In this document: in pieces, positions 61,650 through 64,000 of the stretch | Layout: every line of letters begins with the position of its first letter | Numbering within the stretch: the first letter of the stretch is position 1 | Assembly: GCA_965199955.1 (NCBI GenBank) | Contig: CBDATQ010000001.1 | Span: forward strand, 992,001-1,056,000 | Reading direction: 5' to 3' | Source: Spirochaetia bacterium | GTDB taxonomy: Bacteria; Spirochaetota; Spirochaetia; SZUA-6; Bin103 | DNA length: 64,000 nt | Notes under the pieces: model-generated | Seen by the model: the letters and a program-made list of their open reading frames with translations, nothing else | Databases searched by the model: none | Told to the model about the DNA's origin: nothing | Position numbers and translations under genes: made by a program

Positions 61650-63347
61650 ATGTTGAGCAAGCTCGCGGCACATGTCCATTCCGTGCGGCGGGCACTCTCG
61701 CTGCTGTGGAACTTGGCGCGGCAAACGAACCTCTCCCGGACGAGCATGGTCTTGCTCGGCGTCGTCGCGCTGGCGGGCGTGCTGCTCGAGATAGGACGGG
61801 TACACGGGCTGCGGTTGATCGCGGAGGCGCTGACCTCGCCAGCAACGAATCTCCTGGTCGCCGGACTCATCTATGCGGTCATGAGAGTCGCCGTCATCGC
61901 TCGGGGCTACGTTCAGCCGGTCATGGAGGAGACCCTCCGGATCGTTCTGCGCGGGAAACTGCGGACCCTGGTGATGGGGCGAAGCCTCTCAATGCCCTTG
62001 CGCTCGGTCCTGGACCGGTCGGCCGGCGACTTGGTGCAGACCTTGGAGTCGGACTGTGATGCGTGCTCGAAGGTGGCCGGGCAGCTCGCACCGGCGCTCA
62101 TCAGAGACCCGTTCGCACTGCTCGGGATGGTGTTGTACCTCGCGATCACCGTGGACATCCTGACCACGGCGGCGATCGTCGGCATCGCGTGCCTCTGTGT
62201 CGCGGCCGGGCTCGCGGGACGGTGGGGGATCGGCCGTCTCTCCATTCGCAATCGCGCATTTGCCGGTCGGCTCAGCACCCTCGCCCGCGAACTGGTAGAC
62301 GGCGCCGCCGCCGTACGGGCGTTCGGGCTCGAGTCGGCAACGACGGAAACCTATCGCCGCCGGTCCCGCTCACTCGCGGCGTCGTCAGCGGCGCTCGAAC
62401 GTGGTAAGTCATGGCTCAACCTGGTGCAGTCGCACGCGGCGCAGAGCCTGACAGAGGTTGGGGTCCTGGTCCTCGCCGGATACGGCGCTCTCAGGGTTGG
62501 GGCTGATGCCGGGGGCACGGTGGCTGCGTTGGCGCTGTGCCGTCTGCTGTGGGGGCCGCTGCAAGGATCCTCGAGCGCGGTCGTGAACGTGGCAGCAGCG
62601 CTCGGTCCTCTGGAGAGGCTGGATTCAATCGCTCGCGGCGCCGACGATAAGGCGATCGTCACGGAACGACCCGACTCCCGTCCGGGGATCGCCCTCGTAC
62701 ACCCGAACCGTGGTTTCGCATTGCACGGGGTGACGCTTCCCTTCGGCGGCGGCTCCGCTTGCGTGCAGGTCGATGCCGAGATCCCGTGCCGTGGACTGAC
62801 CCTGATCACGGGACCCAATGGGGCGGGCAAGACAATCCTGCTGTACGTGATCTTTCGCTTCTTGCCGATCCGTAGCGGGGAGATGACGTTGGATGGGCTC
62901 GCGGTCGATCAATGGCCGATCGAGCCTTATCGATCACAGCTCACGGGTGCGTTCGGGCGGCCCCTGCTGGTGGAAGGAACCGTTGCAGACAACGTGCGTT
63001 TCGGCAATCGCGACGCCTCGTCGCTTGGGCTGGAGACCGCCTGTCGTGCGACGGGACTGATCGAAGGCGAGCGCTGGCTGAGCGAGGGGCTCGGCACGCC
63101 GATCCACGCATTCGGCCGGGGTCTCTCCACCGGCCAGCGACAGAGGATCGATCTGGCGCGCGTGCTCGCGCAGGACCGACGGTTCATCTTTATCGATGAG
63201 CCCTTCGAGGGCCTGTATCCCGGCGCGATCGCCCGTCTTTCGGACGATCTGCAGGCGCGCTCGCGCGAACGAAGCATCGTCGTCGTCACGCATCGGGATG
63301 AGCTGCTCGAACGCGCAGACCGCGTGATCCAGGTGGTGCCGACGTGA
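61650..63347 (+). CDS. ABC exporter (TMD + NBD)
   Basis: TM helices, then GPNGAGKT, LSTGQRQR, FIDEP, VTH; SD GGAGG. Confidence 0.88.
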   Translation: MLSKLAAHVHSVRRALSLLWNLARQTNLSRTSMVLLGVVALAGVLLEIGRVHGLRLIAEALTSPATNLLVAGLIYAVMRVAVIARGYVQPVMEETLRIVLRGKLRTLVMGRSLSMPLRSVLDRSAGDLVQTLESDCDACSKVAGQLAPALIRDPFALLGMVLYLAITVDILTTAAIVGIACLCVAAGLAGRWGIGRLSIRNRAFAGRLSTLARELVDGAAAVRAFGLESATTETYRRRSRSLAASSAALERGKSWLNLVQSHAAQSLTEVGVLVLAGYGALRVGADAGGTVAALALCRLLWGPLQGSSSAVVNVAAALGPLERLDSIARGADDKAIVTERPDSRPGIALVHPNRGFALHGVTLPFGGGSACVQVDAEIPCRGLTLITGPNGAGKTILLYVIFRFLPIRSGEMTLDGLAVDQWPIEPYRSQLTGAFGRPLLVEGTVADNVRFGNRDASSLGLETACRATGLIEGERWLSEGLGTPIHAFGRGLSTGQRQRIDLARVLAQDRRFIFIDEPFEGLYPGAIARLSDDLQARSRERSIVVVTHRDELLERADRVIQVVPT

Positions 63348-64000
63348 GCGAGCGCGGATTGCACCGAGCGCTGCTGCGAGAGGCGTGTAACGTCGTGCCG
63401 GTCATCGGCCTCTACGCTGCGCTCCACGTCCTGGTCAAGATCCTGCCGCTCGGCGCCGCGACCGGCCTGCAGGAGGCGCTGGATGCGATCGGCAGCCGGG
63501 ACGAGGCTCTGTTCTGGCGTGGAGTGGTGCTGGTTGCCGCCTGCGGCGTGGGCCTGGCCGTGCTGCGGGCCGTTTCCCGGTGGACGGCGTCCGTCGCGGA
63601 AGAGTCCCTGGGCCACGAGGCTCGCTGCGTTGTTGCGACCGCCCTGACGTGCGCGGATCTGGACCGGTTCGAGGAACAGGGGCGTGACGCCGCCAGCACT
63701 CTGAACGTCGACACTCGGGTGGTCGCGCAGGTGCTCGTGCGATTCCCGCTGGCTGCCGCATCGCTCGTCGTGCAGGCTGCGGGATCGTTCTGGATCCTGT
63801 CGATGACCCGTCATGTGATCGCATTCGTCGCCCTCGGCACCATTCCGATTGTGGCCGCCGTACAGGTGCTTCTGTCGCGGCGGACGCGAACCGTGCACTC
63901 CGCCGCGCGGCAGATCGAGGCGCAGGCGTCGGCTGACATCGAGGAGACGTGGACCGCCGCGCCGAGCGTTCGGGCTCAGGGACTGCTCGGCGATGCGCGA
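63344..64000 (+). CDS. ABC exporter TMD (3'-truncated by window edge)
   Basis: GTG overlaps the previous stop; open frame with several TM helices and an ABC-TM pattern (IEE....PSVRAQG). Confidence 0.75.
   Translation, partial: MSERGLHRALLREACNVVPVIGLYAALHVLVKILPLGAATGLQEALDAIGSRDEALFWRGVVLVAACGVGLAVLRAVSRWTASVAEESLGHEARCVVATALTCADLDRFEEQGRDAASTLNVDTRVVAQVLVRFPLAAASLVVQAAGSFWILSMTRHVIAFVALGTIPIVAAVQVLLSRRTRTVHSAARQIEAQASADIEETWTAAPSVRAQGLLGDAR

Overview
GC-rich bacterial DNA, densely coding, with about 60 genes or gene remnants. No rRNA, tRNA or CRISPR array was recognised. The SBP signal-peptide style loosely suggests a spirochaete-like heterotroph, but this is a weak inference. From left to right: (1) VKOR-DsbA fusion and Xaa-Pro peptidase; (2) two vapBC toxin-antitoxin pairs flanking a HAD phosphatase; (3) a three-gene NHEJ locus of Ku, a ligase-only LigD and a MerR-HTH/TPR protein carrying a clamp-binding-like motif QLLLDF and an SSB-like C-terminus ELDIPF; (4) a tightly packed minus-strand run of nine genes forming a corrinoid-dependent methyl-transfer system plus an HpcH aldolase and an internally duplicated UxaA/GarD dehydratase; (5) GAF-PtsP and hpf; (6) hydroxyacid dehydrogenases, EamA, an M20 hydrolase, an Opp-type ABC importer, a ThDP enzyme and an ABC-2 exporter; (7) an orphan Xre/MbcA antitoxin; (8) oxidoreductase, aminotransferase, MFS and VOC genes; (9) an intact IS1634 with 12-bp terminal IRs and a 6-bp target duplication; (10) GGT, MFS and a GldA/F/G-DUF4340 ABC cluster; (11) a ~3.8-kb zone of in-frame chimeric gene fragments; (12) FGGY kinase and ligA; (13) a probable RiPP-type methyltransferase remnant followed by two ABC exporters. 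The best candidates for undescribed biology are the Ku-LigD-MerR/TPR adaptor module and the B12 methyl-transfer/sugar-acid operon with its uncharacterised repeat protein. All family calls come from motif recognition, not database searches.
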